Shown here in pieces: positions 28,501 to 37,817 of a stretch of 64,000 nt of DNA. The notes beneath the pieces were generated by a model. It was not told the DNA's origin and did no database searches. It saw only the letters and a list, made by a program, of their open reading frames with translations. The position numbers were made by a program, and so were the translations under genes. The DNA is from Bacteroidales bacterium. Lineage in GTDB: Bacteria > Bacteroidota > Bacteroidia > Bacteroidales > UBA1402. The stretch covers positions 692 through 64,691 of the forward strand of contig JAAYBL010000013.1 in the NCBI GenBank assembly GCA_012718945.1. Direction: 5' to 3'. Every line of letters starts with the position of its first letter. Position 1 is the first letter of the stretch.

Positions 28501-30489
28501 CTAAAAGAGCTTGTAGGTGGTTTTAAGAACTTTGAATTCGCTCCGGCGGTTGATCTGGTCGGCAATGTCTTGCTGCTCAGGAGTGAGAGTATTGATGTAG
28601 CCTTCATCCAGGTAGGTGCCCTCCTTGAGGAAGCGATAGGTGTCTGTCATTTTCTCGTCTACCTTCACCGGTTGGCTTTTTCCATACCCCTTTGCTACCA
28701 GCCGTTCCGTATCGACACCCTGGCTTACCAGGTAGTCCACCACGGCTTGGGCCCTCAGGCCGGACAATCGAATGTTGTAGTCGTCTGAACCTATCCTGTC
28801 GGTATGGGCGCTGATTTCAACCACAATGTGCGGATTGTCGAGCAAGAGTTTGTGCAATTCGGTCAACGCCGGCATGGAGGTGGGCAGGAGAGTGGCCTTG
28901 TCAAACTCGAAAAAGATGTTGTCGATGCGCACGGGTCGGTAAAGGGGTGTCAAGGTGAAATCGACCTGATAGGTGGTGTCTTTATCGCGGTTGAGGCTGT
29001 AGAAACGGTTGGAGTAATTCAAGTACGAACGGGCGGTGCCCAGCATAACGTATTCGGCGCCCTTTTCCAGATCAAAAGTGTACGTGCCGTCCCTTTCGGT
29101 GCGGAGTTTGGTGTTGGTGCCTTTGTCGTTGACGATGCGGATGTTGGCCGAGGGTATGGCATCACCGTAGCGGTCGTATACGGTGCCTTGTACGATGATA
29201 CGTGATTTGGCTGTCTCAAAGCTCCACAACTGGTCCCAGCCCCTGGCCTCCTTGCGGTTGGTGGAAAAGTAGCCCCTGTCTTCCTTGCCGAAGAAGGTGA
29301 GGCCGAAATCGTCGGCGTTTGAATTGATGGGCTGTCTGAGGTTATCAACGCTAAGCAAACTGTCGCCACTGTAAACGGCCACGAAAAGGTCGAGGCCACC
29401 GAAGCCGGGGTGGCCGTCGGACGAAAAGTAGAGGCAGCTATCGTTGCGAAACATGGGAAAGACTTCATCGCCAGGGGTGTTGATGAGAGGCCCCAGGTTT
29501 TCGGGTGGTCCCATGACGTTGTCGCTCATTTCCGACCGCCAGATGTCCTTGCCGCCATAACCACCTTTCAGGTCGGAAACATAGTAAAGGTAGAGGCCAT
29601 CGGGCGATACGGCGGGATGGGCGAAGAGAACGGTGGAGTCGCGGTGTATCTGCACCTTCTCGGGCTCGCTCCAGGTAGTCCCTGAGCGTACAGACTTGAA
29701 GATTTCCACTTTTGAGGCCGACTCGATGGAGTCAGACTTGGTGATGGCTCTGGTGAAGTACAAGGTCTTGCCATCGCTGGTGAAACAACCTGCTCCCTCG
29801 TCAAACTCAGAATTGATGGGGGCATCCAGGTAAGCTGGCTTTTCCCATTTGCCGTTGATGTCCCGGCTGGTCATCCAGAAATCATTGTCAGGTAAGCCGG
29901 TAATCTTGCTGGGCTTTTTGTCTTTTTTGGCTTTGGCCGAAGAGGTAAACAGCAGTGTCGTATAATCTGCCGGCATCAGCAGGGGAGAAAAGTTGCCCTT
30001 GCGGGTATTCAGGTCGGTGGCTTTTTTGATGGCGTACAAGGGTGGCAGATCGGCCCATTTGGCGATTTGGTTGCATGCGTACAGCCCGTTGAGCGCTAAT
30101 ACGTCTTCAGGGTATTTGTTCAGATAGCTGTGGTAATAGTTGGCGGCTTCTGTGTATTTGCCGTTCTTCTGAAGGGTTTGAGCCATACGCAGGTAGCTGC
30201 TGTCGCTGGGAAAGGCGTACCGTATGGCCTTGCGGTATTCGTTTTCGGCTTTGACGGGGATATTGAGGAGGCGGAAGCTTTCTCCCCGGTAGAAGGCTAC
30301 GTGTGCCCGTAGGTCTTTTTCATCACTGCTCAGCCTTCTGTAAGCCTTGCCGTATTGCGCCGCTGCTGCGTGGTATTCGCCATGACTGAACATCTTGTCA
30401 CCCTTGCGTACGGCCATGGTGGTCCGGCAGGCTGTCAGCAGGCAGCTCGCAAGCACAATCATGGTGAGCAGTATCCGGGAAATACGCAT
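28501..30489 (-). CDS. OmpA family protein with TPR and PD40/TolB-like beta-propeller repeats
   Basis: N-terminal TPR-like repeats, then WD40-like motifs (SPDGLYLYYVSD, FSSDG). The C-terminal OmpA-like domain reads FEFDKATL...AHTDRIGSDDYNIRLSGLRA. Confidence 0.85.
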   Translation of the reverse strand: MRISRILLTMIVLASCLLTACRTTMAVRKGDKMFSHGEYHAAAAQYGKAYRRLSSDEKDLRAHVAFYRGESFRLLNIPVKAENEYRKAIRYAFPSDSSYLRMAQTLQKNGKYTEAANYYHSYLNKYPEDVLALNGLYACNQIAKWADLPPLYAIKKATDLNTRKGNFSPLLMPADYTTLLFTSSAKAKKDKKPSKITGLPDNDFWMTSRDINGKWEKPAYLDAPINSEFDEGAGCFTSDGKTLYFTRAITKSDSIESASKVEIFKSVRSGTTWSEPEKVQIHRDSTVLFAHPAVSPDGLYLYYVSDLKGGYGGKDIWRSEMSDNVMGPPENLGPLINTPGDEVFPMFRNDSCLYFSSDGHPGFGGLDLFVAVYSGDSLLSVDNLRQPINSNADDFGLTFFGKEDRGYFSTNRKEARGWDQLWSFETAKSRIIVQGTVYDRYGDAIPSANIRIVNDKGTNTKLRTERDGTYTFDLEKGAEYVMLGTARSYLNYSNRFYSLNRDKDTTYQVDFTLTPLYRPVRIDNIFFEFDKATLLPTSMPALTELHKLLLDNPHIVVEISAHTDRIGSDDYNIRLSGLRAQAVVDYLVSQGVDTERLVAKGYGKSQPVKVDEKMTDTYRFLKEGTYLDEGYINTLTPEQQDIADQINRRSEFKVLKTTYKLF

Positions 30490-30543
30490 GTCCCAATAAC
30501 GGAAAAAATGGGAGGTTATTGTTTTTGGGTCGTGTTGCGAGGG

Positions 30544-31743
30544 TCAAGGCATCAAAAGGGAACTATCGCCGTAACTCAGGAATCGGAAATCGTGTTTTAA
30601 GGCGTAGTCGTAGAGTGCTTTCCAACGTTCGCCACCTAGAAAAGCCGAGACCAGCAGGAGCAGGGTGCTTTTGGGTTGGTGAAAATTGGTAATGAGCGTG
30701 TTGACGACCCTGAAGGTATAACCCGGGGCAATCAGCAGGCGGGTGGTGGCGGAAAAGCGTTGTAAGCCCGCTTTGTCCATGTAGGCCAGCAGGGCGTTCA
30801 GGCTTTGGGCCAGGGTGGGGGAGGCTTGAGTGTCTTCCTTGTAGGCGTACCATTGGTCGAGCACCCATTCGTCGGGTTGATGGTCGGCGTTGGTAAGCAG
30901 TTGATGCCCGAACCAGTAGAGGCTTTCCAGGGTACGGACGGAGGTGGTCCCGACGGCGGTAATGCGGCCTTCAAAGGCTATCAGGTCTTCGATGAGGCTG
31001 CGCTCCACGGTGATGAATTCGGCGTGCATGCTGTGCTGGCTCAGTTGGTCGGATTGCACAGGTTTGAAGGTGCCGGCGCCCACGTGCAGGGTGACTTCGC
31101 GGCGTTGTACACCGATATCGTCCAGTGCTTCAAGCACGGCCGGGGTGAAATGCAATCCGGCAGTAGGGGCTGCCACGGAGCCATCAATTTTTGAATAGAC
31201 CGTCTGGTAGTTGGTCTCGTCGCTGTTGACCGCTTCCCGGTTGAGGTATGGCGGAATGGGCATTTGGCCGATGGCTTCGAGGATGTCGCCGAAACGAACA
31301 GGTGCTGACCATGAGAACCTCACTCTGTGTGCGTTGTCGATGGCTTCGGCACGTTCGGCGGTCAGTGTGACGGTTTGGCCTTTGATGGTCAAGGTGTGTT
31401 GCAAGGTGCCTTGTTTCCAGCGTTTCAGGTTGCCGATAAAGCACATCCAGTCACAGTGGCCTGTTGCCTGGAATGCCATGGCGTAGTCTGAGGGTGACAA
31501 AGGCTCCAGGCAGAATAGTTCGATCTGGGCCCCTGTCTCTTTCTTGAATAGCAATCTGGCGTGGATAACCCTGGTGTTGTTGTATACCAGCAAGGTCTCA
31601 GCTGGCAAATGGTGCGGCAGTTGATTGAAGTGGGTGTGCGACAATTCGCCCCCTTTGTAAAGGAGTAATTGGGAAGCGTCTCTGGGTTCTACGGGATATT
31701 TGGCGATACGGGCATCGTCGAGAGAGTAGTCGTAGGGCTCCAT
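30544..31743 (-). CDS. queA: S-adenosylmethionine:tRNA ribosyltransferase-isomerase
   Basis: YPVEPRDASQLLLY, PIPPYL, YQTVYS, AAPTAGLHF, VGTTSVRTLES, and NFHQPKSTLL motifs. The start is set at MEPYDYSL (ATG at 31743). Confidence 0.9.
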   Translation of the reverse strand: MEPYDYSLDDARIAKYPVEPRDASQLLLYKGGELSHTHFNQLPHHLPAETLLVYNNTRVIHARLLFKKETGAQIELFCLEPLSPSDYAMAFQATGHCDWMCFIGNLKRWKQGTLQHTLTIKGQTVTLTAERAEAIDNAHRVRFSWSAPVRFGDILEAIGQMPIPPYLNREAVNSDETNYQTVYSKIDGSVAAPTAGLHFTPAVLEALDDIGVQRREVTLHVGAGTFKPVQSDQLSQHSMHAEFITVERSLIEDLIAFEGRITAVGTTSVRTLESLYWFGHQLLTNADHQPDEWVLDQWYAYKEDTQASPTLAQSLNALLAYMDKAGLQRFSATTRLLIAPGYTFRVVNTLITNFHQPKSTLLLLVSAFLGGERWKALYDYALKHDFRFLSYGDSSLLMP

Positions 31744-31824
31744 GCGGATGCTGCGAATAGTGTCAATCAAAGCCATGGGAAAAGGGTATTGAAGCGTACG
31801 GTGATGGGGTAAATTTAACAAACA

Positions 31825-31852
31825 AGAGGTTGTACCTGTTCGTACAACCTCT
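31825..31852 (-). terminator. Intrinsic terminator after the beta-barrel OMP gene
   Basis: agaggttgtac / gtacaacctct with a 6-nt loop, followed by TTGTTTGTT on the minus strand. Confidence 0.65.
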
Positions 31853-31881
31853 CTGTGTTTGTTGATGTGGCCATTATATTC

Positions 31882-32328
31882 TTAGAAACGATAACGGACG
31901 CCAAGAGCGGCACCCCAATCGTTGAAGGCTCCTTTACCGAAGAATACCCCTGGACGGGTATCGATGGAAAATTGCAGAGGTACAGTGGGCAGGGTGTATT
32001 CAATACCGATCTGACCAACGATACCGGCTCCCAAACCATTGCTACCAATGCGAAGTCCAGCACCAGGTCCAACATACCATGCCAAGCCTTCCGTTACATC
32101 TTGCAGTCCAAAGACCCAATGATAGATACCTGTCAGTGAAAAACCACCATAGGCGCCAAAACCGAGGTCAGCTTCCAGACGGTTGGCAGCGCCCATTTGT
32201 TGTTGGTAAGATACTTCGGCGCCGTTGTCATAGCCTCCATTAAAACGAAGACCGATACCCTTGTCTTGGGCTGCGGCTGTTGCTGCCAATGCAAAGCAAA
32301 GGGCAACGACTGTCAAAACTTTCTTCAT
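31882..32328 (-). CDS. Small outer-membrane beta-barrel (porin-family) protein
   Basis: Signal peptide MKKVLTVVALCFALAATAAAQ, Gly/aromatic-rich alternating strands, and a C-terminal ...GVRYRF. Confidence 0.75.
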   Translation of the reverse strand: MKKVLTVVALCFALAATAAAQDKGIGLRFNGGYDNGAEVSYQQQMGAANRLEADLGFGAYGGFSLTGIYHWVFGLQDVTEGLAWYVGPGAGLRIGSNGLGAGIVGQIGIEYTLPTVPLQFSIDTRPGVFFGKGAFNDWGAALGVRYRF

Positions 32329-32416
32329 AGTACGTCTTTTATTGGTTAGTTTCAGTAAGTGTAATTGACAGCAAAGCCCGATGTATAGGCACTTTCAGGC
32401 GTTTTTGTCAACTGAA

Positions 32417-32424
32417 CAAATGTA
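32417..32424 (-). promoter_or_regulatory. -7 promoter motif (TAcaTTTG) for the OMP gene
   Basis: Minus-strand TACATTTG about 90 nt upstream of the ATG at 32328. Confidence 0.4.
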
Positions 32425-32432
32425 CGCAAAAA

Positions 32433-32456
32433 ACCGGATGAAACAAGCATTCCGGT
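32433..32456 (-). terminator. Intrinsic terminator after the AddB-like gene
   Basis: On the minus strand, ACCGGA-12 nt-TCCGGT is followed by TTTTTTG. Confidence 0.55.
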
Positions 32457-32471
32457 GGCTAATTGTTGGCT

Positions 32472-35471
32472 TTATCGATGGCAGATGCCCTTGTAGGGGC
32501 AATATTCACATTTTTTCACTTGATTGGTTTGTTCGAAAGGTATTGTTGGATCGAACAGGCGTTGCAATAACAGACCCAGGTTTTCCATAAAGGGCTGATG
32601 CCATTGGGCGTAATTGTCCACCACATCCTTTTCCTTGCCTATCGTTACATCGGGGCTGTAGGTGTCACCACCGGCTTTGTTGACATACAACAGGTCTGGT
32701 TTCAAAGGGCGTGTTTCATGATTTTCCAGCAACAAAGCACAGTAAAGAAGTATCTGCAATCCATAGTTGGAGCGATCGCCTGTTGATTCGAAGAGTGATT
32801 CTATGGTCTTGATGCTTTTGGGATCACCCCCTGTTTTGTAATCAAGGACGTGCAGTATGCCCTCTTTATCATGCAAACGGTCGATGATACCACCCAAGGT
32901 GAACGTCACCGGGCCTTGACTGGTTTCGAGGGTGATTGCTTTTTCGACCCACTGCTCCATAGCCTGAAGGGTGAAGGGGGCCGCTTCGGTATCCAGCCTT
33001 AGCAGGGTCTTGATGAAGTGTGTCAACAGACGGTGCCGGATGAGCTGTTCTCCGCTGTAGTCTATGGGTGAGTTGTCGTCTGGCGCGAGTTTGAAGAAGT
33101 CCATGCGCATCACGTGTTCTGCCAGCTTGTCGACGGCGCGTTCTCCCTTTATCCAGGGAGCCAGGTCTTCAGCCCTGATCAGGCCGTTGACGGTAGGCAT
33201 GCCTTGCTGTTCGGGGTCGTTTTCTGAACGTCTGGCCAACGCTTGATTAATGGTTTTTCGGGCTGTTTCTACCTCGACAGGCCCTGCAGTTTTGCCCATC
33301 CTGCGTAACAGCAGGTCGGTGTACAGGTATTCGGCAGCGTGGTGGAAGAACGTGCCCAACATGGCGCCGTCTATTTCGTCGCTGACAGTGTCGGGTTCCC
33401 TCAGGTCGATGATGTGCCTGAAGTAGAAACGTAGTGAGCAGTCTATGAGGCTGTTGATGGCTGTCGGGGCTAGCTTTTTCCCCTGCTCGTTCCGATCGAA
33501 CAACGCTTTCATGTGGGCGAGCAGGGCCGGTGTTTTTTCCACGCTGAGTTGACGGGTGGGGCTTAGGCCCAGCCTGGTTTGCAGTTGAAAGGCTTGGATG
33601 GGGTGGGTTGACTCAACCAACAGTTGTAAGATGAACCGGCTCATCTCGCCCCGGTTCATGCCCTCGCTGGTGGTGTTGTACACCAGGGTGATGGTTTCGG
33701 CCCGTTGCAGGAGGCGGAAGAAGTAGTAGGCGAAAATGCTGTCTTTGTGGTCGGCTGTGGTTAATCCGAAGCCTTTGCGTAAGTTGTATGGGATAAAGGA
33801 AAGTTCGCCGCCTTTTTTGGGCAACATGCCTTCGTTGACGGACAATAGCAGTACATGCTTGAAGTCCAGGTTGCGGGTTTCCAGCAAGCCCATGATTTGC
33901 ATGCCCCTGACTGGTTCGCCGGAGAAGGGAATGGAGGTGACCGACAACACCCGCTGGAGCAACGACTGAAACATGGGTAAACCTAGTTCGACCAGGCCTT
34001 GGTCCATGGCGTCCTTCAAATGGGAAACGACGGTGTAGACTTGAAAAACGGATTCCTGGAGGAGGGGGTTGTCCGGGGTATCAACCTCTTCTTCGGATTC
34101 CTCGCCTTTCTTATGGTTGGCCAGTCTTGTCATCACATTCATCAAGGTGGTAGCCAGTTTGAGGCTGTCCTGAGACGGAGTAAAGAGGAGTTGGAGCAGT
34201 TCGTCCTTGCTCAGTTGTTCGGCCGATGCTCTGAACAGGTTGCGTTCGCGGAGTTCCTTTTCGACGATGGAGGCTGCAGGAGACGCCATCTTGACCAGCG
34301 GGTGTTGAAGAATGGGCTGCACGTAGCGGTAGTGGAAGAAGGCCTGGCCTTGCTTGTTGATGGTCAGACCATTGGCGTGGAGCTGACAGATGCGTACAAC
34401 CAGGTTGCTCACGGGGGCCAGGTTGAGCGGAAAGCCCATGGTTACATTCAATTCGCTGATTGAATCGGGGATACTGTGCAGGACGGGCAGCAGCAGGTTC
34501 TCGTTGCCCAGCACCACGGCGGTGTCTCGTGGTAAAATGGGGTCACCGAGTTCTTCCAACCAGGTGGGAATGTAGCGGGCCTGAGCGTTTTCAGAGGCAG
34601 AGGCTACCAGCCTTATGCGTTTGGGGGTATCTGTGAATCGGTTGAACAGGTGTTTGTCGAGCCTGTTGGGAAAATCCGCTAGGTTTTGGCGCATAAACCG
34701 TCCGGCCTCATGTTGGGGCACAGAGAGGTAGCTGTGGTCGTAATCCCAGTAAAACAGGGCTTTGCCCGCTCGTTTCAAGTGGTTGAACAACTGTTTCTCA
34801 CATTGGTTGAGCACGTTGAATCCCACAAAGGCATAGACCGTCTTGTTGAAGCCTGGTGCTTCGTTGGCTTCCAGCCGTTCCAATACCCGGCGGTTTAACA
34901 AGCCTTCGTAAGCCAATCCTTTGGATTCCAGCAAGGCTCCAAACTTTGTGTAAACCTGCATCAGGTGATTCCAGTTTTCAATGAAGCGTTTCTTGAGTTC
35001 GGTTTTTCGTTCAGGATCGAAATGCCCGAAGAAACGGCGGACGGTTGCTTCCTGTTCTTCGCTCAAGTGTTCAAGGGTGTCGGTAAAAGCGGCTTGTTCC
35101 TTGATGTTCCGAAACAATTGGGTGGCATCGGCCAGGTTTTTATCCACATCGTCGAAGTCGGAGAGGAGCATTTCTCCCCATAGGTAAAACTCGTCGAACG
35201 ATTCATCCCTTCCGCTCACCTCGAGATAAACGGTGTGTAAATGGGCCACCAGTGTGAGGGTGTCGGCTACCTGCAGATGCGTCTGACTCGTGAATAGGTG
35301 TTGGATGGTGAGGAAAGAGGGGGTCCAGACAGGTTTGCCTGCCAGCAGGTACAATTGTTCGCTGAAGAAATGCCTGGCCCTGTTGTTGGGGAAAATCACG
35401 GCGACGTCGGCCAGTTGGTCTCCGTAGGTGTCGTAAAGGTCTTTGGCGGTCAGGTACAGGAAAGATTCCAT
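32472..35471 (-). CDS. AddB-like PD-(D/E)XK nuclease family protein with an inactive helicase-like N-terminus
   Basis: 999 aa with no Walker A motif. The C-terminal nuclease domain contains ...LHVLDYKTG.... A Cys at IDCSLRFYF plus the terminal CEYCPYKGIC form the Fe-S staple pattern of AddB/Cas4-type nucleases. Confidence 0.75.
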   Translation of the reverse strand: MESFLYLTAKDLYDTYGDQLADVAVIFPNNRARHFFSEQLYLLAGKPVWTPSFLTIQHLFTSQTHLQVADTLTLVAHLHTVYLEVSGRDESFDEFYLWGEMLLSDFDDVDKNLADATQLFRNIKEQAAFTDTLEHLSEEQEATVRRFFGHFDPERKTELKKRFIENWNHLMQVYTKFGALLESKGLAYEGLLNRRVLERLEANEAPGFNKTVYAFVGFNVLNQCEKQLFNHLKRAGKALFYWDYDHSYLSVPQHEAGRFMRQNLADFPNRLDKHLFNRFTDTPKRIRLVASASENAQARYIPTWLEELGDPILPRDTAVVLGNENLLLPVLHSIPDSISELNVTMGFPLNLAPVSNLVVRICQLHANGLTINKQGQAFFHYRYVQPILQHPLVKMASPAASIVEKELRERNLFRASAEQLSKDELLQLLFTPSQDSLKLATTLMNVMTRLANHKKGEESEEEVDTPDNPLLQESVFQVYTVVSHLKDAMDQGLVELGLPMFQSLLQRVLSVTSIPFSGEPVRGMQIMGLLETRNLDFKHVLLLSVNEGMLPKKGGELSFIPYNLRKGFGLTTADHKDSIFAYYFFRLLQRAETITLVYNTTSEGMNRGEMSRFILQLLVESTHPIQAFQLQTRLGLSPTRQLSVEKTPALLAHMKALFDRNEQGKKLAPTAINSLIDCSLRFYFRHIIDLREPDTVSDEIDGAMLGTFFHHAAEYLYTDLLLRRMGKTAGPVEVETARKTINQALARRSENDPEQQGMPTVNGLIRAEDLAPWIKGERAVDKLAEHVMRMDFFKLAPDDNSPIDYSGEQLIRHRLLTHFIKTLLRLDTEAAPFTLQAMEQWVEKAITLETSQGPVTFTLGGIIDRLHDKEGILHVLDYKTGGDPKSIKTIESLFESTGDRSNYGLQILLYCALLLENHETRPLKPDLLYVNKAGGDTYSPDVTIGKEKDVVDNYAQWHQPFMENLGLLLQRLFDPTIPFEQTNQVKKCEYCPYKGICHR

Positions 35472-35653
35472 AAAATAGTCGTTGGTGCCCAGTGCCGTGT
35501 GGCGTTCGTCGCCCGGTGTTTGCCGTTGGCAGGCACGTTTATTGTCGCACTAAGGTATGAAAAAGAAGACGGAGCCGTTGCATTACAGAAAAAAAATGTA
35601 TTTTCGCCTCAAAGTGTGACGAATTGTTATTTATGGACGCTAAAAATAATCAT

Positions 35654-37117
35654 ATGTCCAGTTTGTTTGCCAGAAAGCCGCTTTCTTTGTTATTTCAGGA
35701 AGCTGAAAGCAACGAGCACGGTCTACGTCGTCATCTGACAGCGTGGAACCTGGTGCTGTTGGGTATAGGCTGTGTCATCGGCGCCGGTATTTTTGTCTTG
35801 ACCGGTTCGGCTGCGGCCAACTATGCCGGCCCTGCGCTGGTTATTTCATTCGTGCTGTCTGCCATTGGCTGTGCTTTTGCCGGTCTTTGCTATGCTGAGT
35901 TTGCCTCCATGATACCTATTTCGGGTAGTGCCTATACGTATGGTTACGCCACCATGGGTGAGTTGATCGCCTGGATTATTGGTTGGGACCTGATACTCGA
36001 ATATTTGTTTGGTGCTGCTACCGTGGCTGTAGGGTGGAGTGGTTATGTGGTGAGCTTTCTGGGTGACATAGGGCTGCACCTGCCGACTGCTATCGCTGGC
36101 GCGCCCTTTGGCTACGATCATGTCAATGGTTGGCACGTTACCGGCTCGCTCATCAATTTTCCGGCTGTCTTTATCGTCACGCTCATCACCACCATCTTGA
36201 TTTTGGGTATTCGTGAATCGGCCAAGCTCAACGATTTTATTGTGCTGATCAAGGTGGCTGTCATCCTCTTATTTGTTGGATTTGGTTTGTCGTATGTGGA
36301 TACGGCCAATTGGACGCCGTTTATTCCGGAGAATACGGGCACTTGGGGCCATTTCGGTTGGTCTGGTATCCTTACTGGGGCCGGTGTCATCTTTTTTGCC
36401 TACATAGGTTTCGATGCGGTTTCGACGACGGCGCAGGAAGCGGTCAATCCCAAACGTGACCTGCCCATCGGTATTTTGGTTTCCCTGGCTGTGTGTACGG
36501 TGTTGTACATAGCCGTGACGTTGACCTTGACAGGCATGGTGCCCTACACGCAACTTAATGTGCCGGCTCCTATTGCCGTGGCCATAGACCAAACGGGTAA
36601 CACACTCCATTGGTTGGGGCCCATCATCAAAATTGGAGCGATTGCTGGATTGACTTCTGTGGTACTGGTGTTGATCCTGGGGCAAAGCCGTGTTTTTTTC
36701 ACCATGGCGGCTGACGGCTTGTTGTGGCCGACTTTTTCCAAGGTGCATCCCCGCTATAAAACGCCTTACGTGACGACCCTCGTTACGGGTGGCGTGTGTG
36801 CGTTGATGGCTGGATTGTTCCCTATTGGCATTTTGGGTGAGATGGTTTCCATTGGCACCCTGCTGGCTTTTATCATCGTATGCTTTGGCATCATTCTCCT
36901 ACGCAAGCGTGAACCAGATGCTCCACGTGGTTTCCGCACGCCGTGGGTGCCTTTTGTGCCCATCATGGGCATGCTGGTCTGCTTTGTAGAAATGGTCTCC
37001 TTGCCCATTGGCACCTGGACCCGATTATTGGGTTGGATGGCCATAGGTCTGGTCATCTATTTTTCGTATGGCCGCCGTCACAGTAACGTGCAGCGACATC
37101 ATCGTAAAAATGTCTGA
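35654..37117 (+). CDS. APC-family amino acid permease (cationic amino acid transporter-like)
   Basis: Roughly a dozen or more hydrophobic helices. N-terminal L.R.LTAWNLVLLGIGCVIGAGIFVLTG is typical of the APC superfamily. Confidence 0.85.
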   Translation: MSSLFARKPLSLLFQEAESNEHGLRRHLTAWNLVLLGIGCVIGAGIFVLTGSAAANYAGPALVISFVLSAIGCAFAGLCYAEFASMIPISGSAYTYGYATMGELIAWIIGWDLILEYLFGAATVAVGWSGYVVSFLGDIGLHLPTAIAGAPFGYDHVNGWHVTGSLINFPAVFIVTLITTILILGIRESAKLNDFIVLIKVAVILLFVGFGLSYVDTANWTPFIPENTGTWGHFGWSGILTGAGVIFFAYIGFDAVSTTAQEAVNPKRDLPIGILVSLAVCTVLYIAVTLTLTGMVPYTQLNVPAPIAVAIDQTGNTLHWLGPIIKIGAIAGLTSVVLVLILGQSRVFFTMAADGLLWPTFSKVHPRYKTPYVTTLVTGGVCALMAGLFPIGILGEMVSIGTLLAFIIVCFGIILLRKREPDAPRGFRTPWVPFVPIMGMLVCFVEMVSLPIGTWTRLLGWMAIGLVIYFSYGRRHSNVQRHHRKNV

Positions 37118-37200
37118 TGTTGGTTTTATCTGGCCTGTCTTTTTTGTGATAGAAAGCTTCAAGTTGTTTGCTGCCTGAGTACCAAGTAGCTCGCTTTTTG

Positions 37201-37695
37201 TCAGGATAGGCCCATTTTTACCGGTTGTACCCTGCGTGTCGCCAAAATGAGTGACACCAGGTTGTCTAATCCGTATCGGCCAGCACCACCCAGCATGACG
37301 GCCAGGCCCAAACCGATAACCAGGAGGTAGTATTCGATACCATCGCCGGCCTGGTTGCCAAACCAGTTCATGAAAAAGCCGTTTTTGAGGCTGCCGCTAA
37401 TGAACATGGCACCAGTCATGGTCAGGGTGATGGAGAAGGCCATGAACCGGGTGAAAAAGCCCAGGATGGCACCAAGGGCGCCAACAAATTCGGCCAGGAT
37501 GACCATCACGGCCAACAGGGCAGGCATGCCCATGGATGTAAAGCCGGTTACTGTTCCCTCAAAGCCGTAACCGCCAAACAGGCCCAGCGCTTTTTGCATA
37601 CCGTGGGGGAGTATGACGGCACCGAGGGTGAGACGGGCTATTAATAACGACCAGGAAGTAGTATCAGTTGAAAAGAAGCGTTGAATGTAGTTCAT
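37201..37695 (-). CDS. DoxX family membrane protein
   Basis: 164 aa with four transmembrane helices. LLIARLTLGAVILPHGMQKALGLFGG is the DoxX signature. Confidence 0.8.
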   Translation of the reverse strand: MNYIQRFFSTDTTSWSLLIARLTLGAVILPHGMQKALGLFGGYGFEGTVTGFTSMGMPALLAVMVILAEFVGALGAILGFFTRFMAFSITLTMTGAMFISGSLKNGFFMNWFGNQAGDGIEYYLLVIGLGLAVMLGGAGRYGLDNLVSLILATRRVQPVKMGLS

Positions 37696-37817
37696 AATGG
37701 GTTCTTTGTTAAGGGTTACAATGGTTGGCTAAGGTGTACCCTTATCCTCTTTGCAAAGATAACAAAGAAACGCCTAATAAAACAAGTAAATACTTGTTAA
37801 AATATCTGCGATGTCTT

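Noticed and set aside
30544-31743. QueA is about 40 aa longer than my recollection of the E. coli enzyme. An insertion follows the VGTTSVRTLES motif (YWFGHQLL...AGLQRFSATT).
   Set aside because: It is probably a lineage-specific loop, and all catalytic motifs are intact. Without an alignment to Bacteroidota orthologues I cannot show that it is unusual.
35472-35653. The 182-nt region upstream of the amino acid permease, examined for a riboswitch (lysine, glycine or similar).
   Set aside because: I could not find conserved riboswitch core sequences or a convincing multi-stem structure by eye. It is a divergent promoter region shared with the AddB-like gene.
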